Source: Treponemataceae bacterium (GTDB taxonomy: Bacteria; Spirochaetota; Spirochaetia; Treponematales; Rectinemataceae). From it: DNA of 64,000 nt. The position numbers and the translations under genes were made by a program. The notes below the pieces were generated by a model that saw nothing but the letters and a program-made list of their open reading frames with translations, made no database searches and was not told where the DNA came from. The stretch covers positions 640,001-704,000 of the forward strand of contig CAXXVZ010000002.1 of NCBI GenBank assembly GCA_963678065.2, written 5' to 3'. The first letter of the stretch is position 1, and every line of letters begins with the position of its first letter. This document shows, piece by piece, positions 27,349 to 35,705 of the stretch.

Positions 27349-27601
27349 TTCGCGCTCCTTCGATACCTTCGACGTCAGCCCCGATTGCGGCGCGAAGCTT
27401 CCGGATATCGTTTTGTGCCTCTGACTGTCGGCGCACAGGTGGGCGCAACGAAGGCCAAAGAGTCGCCAGCTTCGTTGGCGACTGATGAGCGTGGGCAGTG
27501 CTGTTAGACTATAATGAGCCCAAGAAATCAGACAGGAAACAAAGGGAAATAAGGTGACATTCCTCCTTGTAAAAAAAGATACGGGAGGCATAGAGTACAC
27601 C

Positions 27602-27904
27602 ATGCGCAAAAGCTACGACACCAGCTTCAAGGCCAAAGTGGCCATGGAAGCAGTCCGGAACGAGAAAACCCTTCAGGAACTGTCCCAAATCTATGGAGTG
27701 CATCCGAATCAGATTGCCCAATGGAAAAAGCATGTGGTCGATCAAGTAGCCACGCTCTTTGAAAGATCAGGGAAGGACAAGGAAGCAGAAGTAGCCCAAG
27801 AGAAGCAGGACGAGCTCTTCAAGCAGATTGGGCAACTCCAGGTCGAGAATGCGTTTCTAAAAAAAAAGTACCGACAGGTGTACGGGAGCGAGCCGAACTT
27901 GTAG
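27602..27904 (+). CDS. IS3 transposase OrfA (HTH)
   Basis: FKAKVAMEA...YGVHPNQIAQWKK. Confidence 0.9.
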   Translation: MRKSYDTSFKAKVAMEAVRNEKTLQELSQIYGVHPNQIAQWKKHVVDQVATLFERSGKDKEAEVAQEKQDELFKQIGQLQVENAFLKKKYRQVYGSEPNL

Positions 27905-27948
27905 AACCCGACAATCAGGATCTGCCGATCATCACGCAATGTGAACTG

Positions 27949-28725
27949 TTGGGAATCAGCAGATCGGCGTATTACTACACATCAGTAAAGATGGATGACG
28001 AGTGGGGGATGGCCGTACTCACGGCAATTCTCGAAGAATTGAACAAGCATCCGTTCTATGGATACCGGCGGATGGCCTGTGCCTTGAAGGATATGAAGGT
28101 CACCCGCAAGCAGGTCAGGCGGATCATGAAGCGGGCAGGACTCAAGGCTCTCTTTCCCGGCAAGAATCTATCGAAACCGTCGAAACACCACAAGAAGTAC
28201 CCGTATTTATTGCGAGACAAGAAAATATGGATAGCGAACCATGTCTGGGCAACGGATGTGACCTACCTGAAGGTGAATGGGTCTCATGTCTATCTCGTGG
28301 CGATTATCGACCTGTTTTCACGGAAAGTTCTGTCGTGGCGAATCTCGAATACGATGGATGTAGGATTCTGCATCGATGCTCTGGAAGAAGCCCTTACCGT
28401 ACACGGGACTCCCGGGATCTTCAACACCGACCAAGGGAGCCAGTTCACATCCGAGGCGTTTGTCTCGGTTCTTGAAGCCAAAGGAATCCAGATCAGCATG
28501 GATGGCGTCAACCGGGCTTTGGACAACATCTATATCGAGCGGACCTGGAGGTCACTGAAGTACGAAGAAATTTACCTGAACTCGTACGAATCGCTCGTGG
28601 AACTAAAGACCGCCGTCGACAAATACTTCAATTTCTTCAACCAGGAACGATTTCATCAGTCCCTTGAGTATGCTACACCGGATGAGGTGTATAACCGATG
28701 CTTCAGCCTACGGCTGGCAGCATAG
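27949..28725 (+). CDS. IS3 transposase OrfB (rve DDE), probably made by -1 frameshift
   Basis: WATDVTY, NTDQGSQFTS, DNIYIERTWRSLKYE. Confidence 0.93.
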   Translation: MGISRSAYYYTSVKMDDEWGMAVLTAILEELNKHPFYGYRRMACALKDMKVTRKQVRRIMKRAGLKALFPGKNLSKPSKHHKKYPYLLRDKKIWIANHVWATDVTYLKVNGSHVYLVAIIDLFSRKVLSWRISNTMDVGFCIDALEEALTVHGTPGIFNTDQGSQFTSEAFVSVLEAKGIQISMDGVNRALDNIYIERTWRSLKYEEIYLNSYESLVELKTAVDKYFNFFNQERFHQSLEYATPDEVYNRCFSLRLAA

Positions 28726-28820
28726 AAATTCATGAATACAAGGACAAATTGGGATCCACCTTATTTTTCTTTTTTTCTGTATTGACGATTAGGCGCACTT
28801 TAGACGAAGTGGGCATTTTC

Positions 28821-29153
28821 CTATTGGATCATAGCTAATTCATCAGTTATTGCTTTTTCTACAAAATTATTTATTGAAACATTCATTTTTTTGGCCGTTA
28901 TGGCTATTCGTTTATGGAGTTCTGGTGATAGGCGCAAATTAAATTTACCTGAATATGGTTTTTCAGGTTCTACCCCTTCAGATTTACACCAATTGATATA
29001 CTCATCAATAGAACCTTTAAAGGCTTCATCTATTTCTTTTACAGAGGTACCTTGAAATGTGATTACATCTCGAGTATTTAGTATATCTCCATGAAATAGT
29101 TTAGCCTCAGAGTCATATTCTACAATTCCAATATAGCCCTTATACTCCATCAT
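28821..29153 (-). CDS. hicB: HicB antitoxin
   Basis: YKGYIG...ITFQG...PEKPYSGKFNLRLSPELH. Confidence 0.92.
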   Translation of the reverse strand: MMEYKGYIGIVEYDSEAKLFHGDILNTRDVITFQGTSVKEIDEAFKGSIDEYINWCKSEGVEPEKPYSGKFNLRLSPELHKRIAITAKKMNVSINNFVEKAITDELAMIQ

Positions 29154-29404
29154 ATCTTTACCCCCGCATTTTCCAAAAAACGCCTTACGGAGTTTAGTGC
29201 TCCTTTATCAGTTGTTTTTTGAGGATGAGGCCGATGAAATACGGCTCTCACATCATTCAATTTTACCCTGACTCTAGAACCTGCTCCTTCAGTTATCTCT
29301 CCACCCAATGACAGAAATAGACTTTCAATATCTGACCATAAAATTCCAGATTGAATCGGGTTTCTAAAAATCATTTCAAGAGTTTTATGGTTCTTGGAAT
29401 TCAT
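29150..29404 (-). CDS. hicA: HicA toxin
   Basis: EGAGSRVRV...FHRPHP. Confidence 0.92.
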   Translation of the reverse strand: MNSKNHKTLEMIFRNPIQSGILWSDIESLFLSLGGEITEGAGSRVRVKLNDVRAVFHRPHPQKTTDKGALNSVRRFLENAGVKI

Positions 29405-29681
29405 ACTCGTATAGTACTATACTTTAGTACCGTGATCAAGTCAATACCAAAGATATTTTGTGCGTAAAAAGTACACTGACAGTTTTGATGTACTTTTCAT
29501 GAATTCGATCCATTTTTTGCAGGCATTGTGTATGCCATATTCACAGAAGCTGAATCGTTCCCCAAATGCCCATTTCACCTGACGACATGATTCCGCACTC
29601 ATGCTCTTTGCAGTCCCGTCATAATGGTCTGTTCTCCCGGTTCTCGGGAAATCCCATCCATGATCGTGGACGGGAGGCGAA

Positions 29682-30080
29682 TCAGGCCAATTCCTCCCAG
29701 ATCCGCAATCCGGGGATGTTCCTGAAATGACCATCATGGGTGACGAGCTTCGAACCGGTTTCCATGGCATGCGCCGCGATCCAGATATCGTTCAGTGGAA
29801 TCATTTTCCCTTTCGCAGCCAATCCGGATTGTATCTCTCCGAATATCTCTGCCGTTTCCATGGTCACATCGATGATTGTGACACCATCTTTGCCGAGGAA
29901 GGCGTTCAGCTCTTCTTTGTTCCGGGCAAACTGCTTCCCTCCCCGGAAGCCCGCAAAAAGCTCTCCGAGCACTATTGTCGATATGTATACGACTTCGGCT
30001 TCGACGATATAGTCAAAGACAGATCTGTCTCCCGCCATGAATCCGCTGTACGCATTCGTATCGAGCAGAATTTTTGTCAT
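29682..30080 (-). CDS. vapC: VapC PIN-domain toxin
   Basis: ILLDTNAY, VLGEL, NDIWIAA, THDGHF. Confidence 0.92.
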   Translation of the reverse strand: MTKILLDTNAYSGFMAGDRSVFDYIVEAEVVYISTIVLGELFAGFRGGKQFARNKEELNAFLGKDGVTIIDVTMETAEIFGEIQSGLAAKGKMIPLNDIWIAAHAMETGSKLVTHDGHFRNIPGLRIWEELA

Positions 30081-30331
30081 TGTTTCCAATCCGATTCGTT
30101 GACTTTTTTCAGATCCGATATCCGGTCCTCAAATGACTTTTTCTCGCTTTCCGTCCATTTCCCGAATAAATCGGAAAACATTTCCCTTCTCGATGCCATC
30201 CGATCCGCCGCAAGCGAGTTTTGCAGAATCAACTTCACGGTGCGATTCTGGCTCAGTCCATATTCCTTTGACTTTTCCAGTATTTTTTTATCGAGAACGG
30301 CATCGATACCATGAATTGTCAATGCTTTCAC
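30077..30331 (-). CDS. putative VapB-type antitoxin
   Basis: Small RHH-like gene overlapping the vapC start. Confidence 0.75.
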   Translation of the reverse strand: MKALTIHGIDAVLDKKILEKSKEYGLSQNRTVKLILQNSLAADRMASRREMFSDLFGKWTESEKKSFEDRISDLKKVNESDWKQ

Positions 30332-30487
30332 ATGAACCTCCATCTTGAACCACTACTATGTATAGTCTGGTTCATTCTGCGAGTAAATGCAAATCCTGTA
30401 TGAAGGATGACTGAAAACTACACTCGTTTTGTGCCGAGGGGGATCCACCCGGCTCCTCGTGAACCAGCGCGGGTCTGATCGGACTTC

Positions 30488-30838
30488 CTATTTCAGCAAC
30501 CTTGCCGCGACTTCCAGATTTTCCACGAACAACACCTTTCCGGTGCGGTTGCTCTCGTAGATAAAATCGCGCAGGCTTTTACTTTCGACGTTTTCGAAAT
30601 CGCCGAGTATGATCAGTCGTTTCCGATAGTTGGATGCTTTCTGGAGAATTTCCCCCGCCACGCCCGTTTTCAGGTCGAAAAATCTTTCGGTAATATTCGC
30701 CTTGTCGACTGAAATGGTGTGTGAGGGCGCACTCATGAGCGCATCGAAAAACTCGGAAAATGTATTCAACTTTTCGCCGGCTTCGAATGCCAGACTGGAG
30801 ATGATTCCTTTTTCTGTTTCAATTGTCTTTATCGTCAC
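30488..30838 (-). CDS. DUF4180 family protein
   Basis: FFDLKTGVAGEILQK...SLRDFIYESN. Confidence 0.85.
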   Translation of the reverse strand: MTIKTIETEKGIISSLAFEAGEKLNTFSEFFDALMSAPSHTISVDKANITERFFDLKTGVAGEILQKASNYRKRLIILGDFENVESKSLRDFIYESNRTGKVLFVENLEVAARLLK

Positions 30839-31205
30839 TGGGGGATTCCTTTGACCGCGCGAGATTCTGTTGCAGTTTCATTCCGGAAAAAATTGAATCC
30901 ATTCGCTCCCTGCTCAATGCTCCAATGTATGTTCCGATCTGGTTTTTTTCAACCGCGGACACCTGGGACACGATGACGACGCTTCGCTTTTCCAGATTTC
31001 CCTCGCCGGTTTCAAGCAGGACATTGCCGGGCTCGAATGCCCGTTTCATGTTGGTCGACAGCGAACAGACTGCCACCGTGGAAATTCTGCTCTGGTTGAT
31101 GACTGTCTCCTGCAGGATGACCTGCGGATGCAGTATTCCTTTGCCGACGCTCTCCTGGTTCGACAGGGGAATCCAGTAGATTTCGCCTTTCGTTATCGTC
31201 TTCAT
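30819..31205 (-). CDS. PemK/MazF-family toxin-like protein
   Basis: KGEIYW...HPQVILQ...GNVLLETGEGNLEKRSVVIVSQV. Confidence 0.85.
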   Translation of the reverse strand: MKTITKGEIYWIPLSNQESVGKGILHPQVILQETVINQSRISTVAVCSLSTNMKRAFEPGNVLLETGEGNLEKRSVVIVSQVSAVEKNQIGTYIGALSRERMDSIFSGMKLQQNLARSKESPSDDKDN

Positions 31206-31239
31206 ATGTCCCAGTATACCCGCCGAAGCCCGGTTTGCG

Positions 31240-32220
31240 CTATTTGTTCGCCATCGTTATCTCGGATGAACAGGTTTTTTTATTTACCGTGATTGCCACA
31301 TTCCCTTTTTTGTGACCTGTCTCGACATATTTATGCGCTTCGATGATTTGCCCAAAAGGATAGATTCTATCATTCACAGGTTTGATTATTCCTGATTCAA
31401 TCAATTCCGTGATTTTATTCAATCGATCCGATTGCAATAACAAGGCGCCATCATCTATGGAGACATATTTTCCGTTTGGCGCCAATGCTTTCTCACATGC
31501 CGTTTTCAAATCAGAAGTTTTTCTTCTTCCAACTGCATCGAGAATAAAATCATATTTTTCCAGCTTGTTTATGGAATCCTGCCTGGTGTAATCCAGTATT
31601 TTATCTGCTCCCAGGGATTTTACGAATTCAATATTCGATGATCCACAGACACCTGTAACTGCGGCTCCAAGATGCTTCGCGTACTGTACTGCGATTGTGC
31701 CGGAAGTCCCGGAGGCTCCATAAATCAGTACTTTCTGATCTCTTGCAATATTTCCTTTCTCCACATATTGAAATGCCAATAATCCTCCATACGCGGCCGA
31801 AGTGGCTTCTTCAAAGCTTATATTCATTGGTTTTATTGCCAAACAGCCTTGTTTTGAGTCGATTTCTTTCATGCATTTATAATCCGCATATGCTCCAAGA
31901 GAAAAACCGGTGAAACCATATACTTGATCGCCTGCTCTAAAACGCTTTATTTCAGGTCCCGCAAATTCGATTTCTCCCGAAAAGACTTCTCCGATGATTG
32001 GATTTCGCGGCCTTGTCATGCCGATCATCAATCGCATAGGAATCATGAATAATAGAGGAATATTTGAACTTCGGATGAAGATGTCGCTATTTGTAACCGA
32101 GGTCGCGTATATTTTTATCAAAACCTCATCTTTTCCCGGAACAGGTTTTTTACATTGTTTGATTTGAAGCACTTCTGGCGGGCCATATCTTGCGCATATT
32201 ATCGCTTTCATTGTTTCCAC
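31240..32220 (-). CDS. NAD(P)-dependent MDR oxidoreductase (zinc-binding ADH family)
   Basis: YGPPEVL, LIYGASGTSG, GHKKGNV. Confidence 0.88.
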   Translation of the reverse strand: METMKAIICARYGPPEVLQIKQCKKPVPGKDEVLIKIYATSVTNSDIFIRSSNIPLLFMIPMRLMIGMTRPRNPIIGEVFSGEIEFAGPEIKRFRAGDQVYGFTGFSLGAYADYKCMKEIDSKQGCLAIKPMNISFEEATSAAYGGLLAFQYVEKGNIARDQKVLIYGASGTSGTIAVQYAKHLGAAVTGVCGSSNIEFVKSLGADKILDYTRQDSINKLEKYDFILDAVGRRKTSDLKTACEKALAPNGKYVSIDDGALLLQSDRLNKITELIESGIIKPVNDRIYPFGQIIEAHKYVETGHKKGNVAITVNKKTCSSEITMANK

Positions 32221-32246
32221 TATAGTGTTCTCCTTTCTTCACTTTC

Positions 32247-32834
32247 TTACGGAGCCGTTGAATACCAGCCCAATTTCCTGGTGAGCGAGAATTTTTTCAG
32301 CACCACGCTGAGCGAAAGATCGTGGGAGGTTTTGTCGCTGACATCCGGCCCGCAAAGATTCAAGATGTGGATCATTGGTTCGTAGGCGAGTTCGATGTCT
32401 ATGTTCTCATTGATGGCCAGGAAGGCTCCAATCATGGGTTTGACGCCAAGGAAGAAGCTGCCGTCGATGGAGTTGTCGACGATCCGCGATCCCAAAACCG
32501 GCGAAAAGCTTGTGTCAAAGCCGAACGGACCCGCAACCTCCTTGCGCCACCCGATTGTCACGGGCCGCAGGTCGCCGATGGAAACGCCGCCGAAAGTACG
32601 CTTGACATCGGCTCCGCCCAAGCCGTAATAGATCCCTCCGGGAGTGAACGGGTCGAAAAACTTGTACTTCATAGTCGCAAAGCCGCAGCCGAGGTTATCC
32701 ATCGAGAAAGTGTCGCCTACAGTGTACGATCCGCCGAACTTGGTGATGGTTCTGGAATACGAATCCCGATTCGGTTCAGCCTGCAGGGCCAGGGCAAAAA
32801 AGCACAGTGCGATGATCAAGATTGTTCGTTTCAT
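32247..32834 (-). CDS. hypothetical exported protein
   Basis: Signal peptide MKRTILIIALCFFALALQA; beta-strand-rich composition. Confidence 0.65.
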   Translation of the reverse strand: MKRTILIIALCFFALALQAEPNRDSYSRTITKFGGSYTVGDTFSMDNLGCGFATMKYKFFDPFTPGGIYYGLGGADVKRTFGGVSIGDLRPVTIGWRKEVAGPFGFDTSFSPVLGSRIVDNSIDGSFFLGVKPMIGAFLAINENIDIELAYEPMIHILNLCGPDVSDKTSHDLSLSVVLKKFSLTRKLGWYSTAP

Positions 32835-33524
32835 TTAATTATCTTTCTCCTTATTGATGCCTTTGATGAGAATCCAGACTGCGATCACAAATTCGAATGG
32901 AATGTAGAGAACGTAGAGGAAAACAGAGGCTTTGGCGCCGAAGAGGCCCAGCAACACTCCCGCGAAGACGCCTTGGGCGCTCACCAGGCCCCAGAGAGAC
33001 AAGGGCCACGCCACTGTGCGCGCTTTCAGGAGGAGGGCGTAGAAGATCGTCCCGCCCACGCAAAAAGCAAAATTGGCTATTCTGAAGGAGTACCCCATGG
33101 CTTCGTACACCGCCTTGGCCGTCGGTTCCAGCGAGGCGGGACTGCCGGCGGCGATGAACTCCCGGCTGAAAACCAGAAGGGCGAAGAGCGCGAGTTCAGT
33201 GACCGCGAGCATGACGCCTTCCAGGACATAAAGACCGAATGCCGTCAGAACCAGTCCTTCGTGCTGCTTTCTCACTGCCGAGTACAGCATCGCGCCGAGG
33301 AAGATCACACCGGCCGCAGTGACGAGTTCCATCAAGATGTTGACCTGGACGAGTCCCTCATTTTTGGCGATGTTGGCCATGATCTGGCCGATTTCCAGCG
33401 GCAAGCCGAAAGCCTTGACTCCGGTAGCCTTGGGGAGAATGAAGACGCCGGCCGAGAACGATGTGACGAACTGGATCAGAAAAGCCAGCCCGAGAATCCG
33501 CGATTTTTTGTTTACAGAGGTCAT
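32835..33524 (-). CDS. DUF4386-family membrane protein
   Basis: Start MTSVNKKSRILG; multiple TM segments; C-terminal FEFVIAVWILIKG. Confidence 0.8.
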   Translation of the reverse strand: MTSVNKKSRILGLAFLIQFVTSFSAGVFILPKATGVKAFGLPLEIGQIMANIAKNEGLVQVNILMELVTAAGVIFLGAMLYSAVRKQHEGLVLTAFGLYVLEGVMLAVTELALFALLVFSREFIAAGSPASLEPTAKAVYEAMGYSFRIANFAFCVGGTIFYALLLKARTVAWPLSLWGLVSAQGVFAGVLLGLFGAKASVFLYVLYIPFEFVIAVWILIKGINKEKDN

Positions 33525-34210
33525 ACTGTTCTCCCTTGTTCCTTGTAACCCTTCACGATCAGCCAGACGGCTAGAACCATTTCCTGCGCCATGATGGGCA
33601 GGGAAAGAACCATTTGAGTCGTTGAAAATGAACTGATAAAACCGAACATCACGGCAAAGGCGGACACCAGGAACAGTGTAAGTCCCAGGAGCCCCCACAC
33701 GGAAAGCCAGCGGGGAATGAGTCGGGTTCTGTAGAAAACCGTGTAGTAAATGTAGGCCCCGACGCACCAGGGAAAGACGGCGGAACCGTTGGCCGACCAA
33801 TCCCTCACCGTCTTGATCGCCGCGGCCGCGGGCTGGAAAAACGAGTTGGCGGGGCTGCCGGCCTTCACGAATTCCTGGCTGACCGCCAAGAGAGCAATAA
33901 GGACGACGGCACCTACAATCTGGAGCGCCCCTTCGATGATGCGGAACCCCATCGCGGCGAGCGCCAGACCCTCGCCGTGCCGTTTCAGGACAGGGTAGAG
34001 CGAGATCCCGATGCCGGCGCAGGCCAATCCCAGGAACAGCAGGTCGAAAAGCGCCAGGCAGAGAATTTGAACGCTGTGCGCCGCCATTCCGGAAAGGTAA
34101 TCCGGGGATGAGACGAACGGACCCCAAAGAAGCCCTGCGGCAATTGGCGGCACCGTTCCCAGAATGAACAAGACGCCGGTTATCCGGGCGCTCGTCCTTG
34201 AAGTGATCAT
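33521..34210 (-). CDS. DUF4386-family membrane protein
   Basis: ARITGVLF, RLIPRWLSVWG, EMVLAVWLIVKG. Confidence 0.85.
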   Translation of the reverse strand: MITSRTSARITGVLFILGTVPPIAAGLLWGPFVSSPDYLSGMAAHSVQILCLALFDLLFLGLACAGIGISLYPVLKRHGEGLALAAMGFRIIEGALQIVGAVVLIALLAVSQEFVKAGSPANSFFQPAAAAIKTVRDWSANGSAVFPWCVGAYIYYTVFYRTRLIPRWLSVWGLLGLTLFLVSAFAVMFGFISSFSTTQMVLSLPIMAQEMVLAVWLIVKGYKEQGRTV

Positions 34211-34461
34211 GCTGTTTCTCCTTCTTTCGTCTGATTTTCCACTCTCTGAACCGAAACGAGGGTCAGGCCAAGGTCCCTCACTTTTCGAATCAGACCGTGG
34301 AGCGCTGCCTGATCGGCAACCATTCCCGTAAGGAGGACTCCGCCATTGGCTTCCTCTATAACTTCAAAACCGCAGAACCATTCGTTCCATTCGGACCCCA
34401 GGTCTTCCTGAAGCCGGATACGGTAAACGGCGGGGGTGTTGAAATTGATTTCCTTGTCCAT
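34207..34461 (-). CDS. conserved small protein, copy 1 (DQAALHG motif)
   Basis: YRIRL..W.EWF.G...DQAALHGLIRKVRDLGLTLVSV; three paralogues in the window. Confidence 0.8.
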   Translation of the reverse strand: MDKEINFNTPAVYRIRLQEDLGSEWNEWFCGFEVIEEANGGVLLTGMVADQAALHGLIRKVRDLGLTLVSVQRVENQTKEGETA

Positions 34462-34519
34462 GACCGTCCCTCCTGGCGCCTAAATCTAGGCGATCACGAG
34501 TAGGCGGAACATACCTCTA

Positions 34520-34567
34520 AAGGAGTATTTGTAGGAGTATTTGGAAAAGCATTTGAAGGAGTATTCA
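34520..34567. promoter_or_regulatory. four 12-bp-period direct repeats (AGGAGTATTTNN), candidate regulator boxes
   Basis: aggagtatttgt-aggagtatttgg-aaaagcatttga-aggagtattcag upstream of the gene at 34461. Confidence 0.55.
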
Positions 34568-34795
34568 GTCCATCTTCTGCAGGTTATCCGCTACCCGAAA
34601 GACCGACAGCAGCGGCATTCCGAGATCGCGCACTTTTCGCAGGATGCCAAAGAGGGCAGCCTGGTCGACTACGGAGCAGATCAAGAGGGTGACGCCCTCG
34701 TCCTCCCGGGCGAGGATGACTCCCCCGAACCAGTCCGCCCACTCATCGCCCAAGAGGCCCTCAAGTCGTATCTCATATCGCATGACGCTCCCCAC
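34565..34795 (-). CDS. conserved small protein, copy 2
   Basis: YEIRLEG..WADWFGG...DQAALFGILRKVRDLGMPLLSV. Confidence 0.8.
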   Translation of the reverse strand: MGSVMRYEIRLEGLLGDEWADWFGGVILAREDEGVTLLICSVVDQAALFGILRKVRDLGMPLLSVFRVADNLQKMD

Positions 34796-34813
34796 ACAGG
34801 CATGGCGCCTCTA

Positions 34814-35506
34814 TCAGGCCTGGACCTTCGCGGCTGAGGAAGAATCAAATCCCTTGACGATAAGCCAAACGGCAAGAACCAGTTCCTGCACCAGAATGGG
34901 CAGGCAAAGCAGAGTGCCAACCGGAGAAGAGGCATCCAGCAAACCGAGAAGGTTGCTTAAAACGGATACCAGCATCAGTGAAATTCCCACCAGCCCCCAG
35001 ACAGAGAGCCAGCGAGGCACGAGTCTGGTCCTGTAGAAAATCGTATAGTAAATGATAGCCGCGATGCCAAAGGGCAGGCCATAGATGTTGCTCACCCAAT
35101 CATTCATCGCCTTGATCGCCGCACCGGCTGGCTGAAAAAAAGAATCGGGGGGGCTTCCGGCCTTCACGAATTCCTGGCTGACCGCCACGAGGGCGAAAAA
35201 GCCGACGGCGCTCGCGATCTGAAGCGCCCCTTCCACGATGCGCAGCCCCATCGCACCCGCGGCCAACCCTTCGTCCTGCCTTTTCAGGATGGGGTAGAGA
35301 GAGATCCCGATACCAGCGCAGGCAGTGCCCATGACTATGAGGGCGAGGGCAACCATTAGAGTGGAAAAACGATTTGCCGCCACAGCGGACAGGATATCCG
35401 GTGACGAAAGATGCTGTCCAAACAACAGCATTGCGATGATGATCGGTACTGTTCCCAGGATGAGCAAGACTCCGGCGATCCTGGCGTTTGTCTTTGAATT
35501 GATCAT
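34814..35506 (-). CDS. DUF4386-family membrane protein
   Basis: Start MINSKTNARIAG after GGAGG; paralogue of 33521-34210. Confidence 0.85.
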   Translation of the reverse strand: MINSKTNARIAGVLLILGTVPIIIAMLLFGQHLSSPDILSAVAANRFSTLMVALALIVMGTACAGIGISLYPILKRQDEGLAAGAMGLRIVEGALQIASAVGFFALVAVSQEFVKAGSPPDSFFQPAGAAIKAMNDWVSNIYGLPFGIAAIIYYTIFYRTRLVPRWLSVWGLVGISLMLVSVLSNLLGLLDASSPVGTLLCLPILVQELVLAVWLIVKGFDSSSAAKVQA

Positions 35507-35705
35507 ACAATTCCCTCCATTTATTTGCGTTCGGGCACAAACATAGCGCTTCCTGCCCTGCGGCGCGTAGACACAAAAGTGTCGATTTGTTGTCAATTGG
35601 AAAACACACTCCGAACCACACTCAAGTGCCTACGCTACGATTCTCCGGCGCGCCGGCAGACGGTATCAGGAAGTTCGTGAAACTGGCGAAGACGATGTAG
35701 GAGCC

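Larger units (their letters stand above)
27510..28802 (+). mobile_element. IS3-family insertion sequence
   Basis: Imperfect ~45-bp IRs starting TA; 3-bp TSD GAC at 27507-27509 and 28803-28805; orfA/orfB with A9G slippery site at 27859-27868. Confidence 0.9.
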
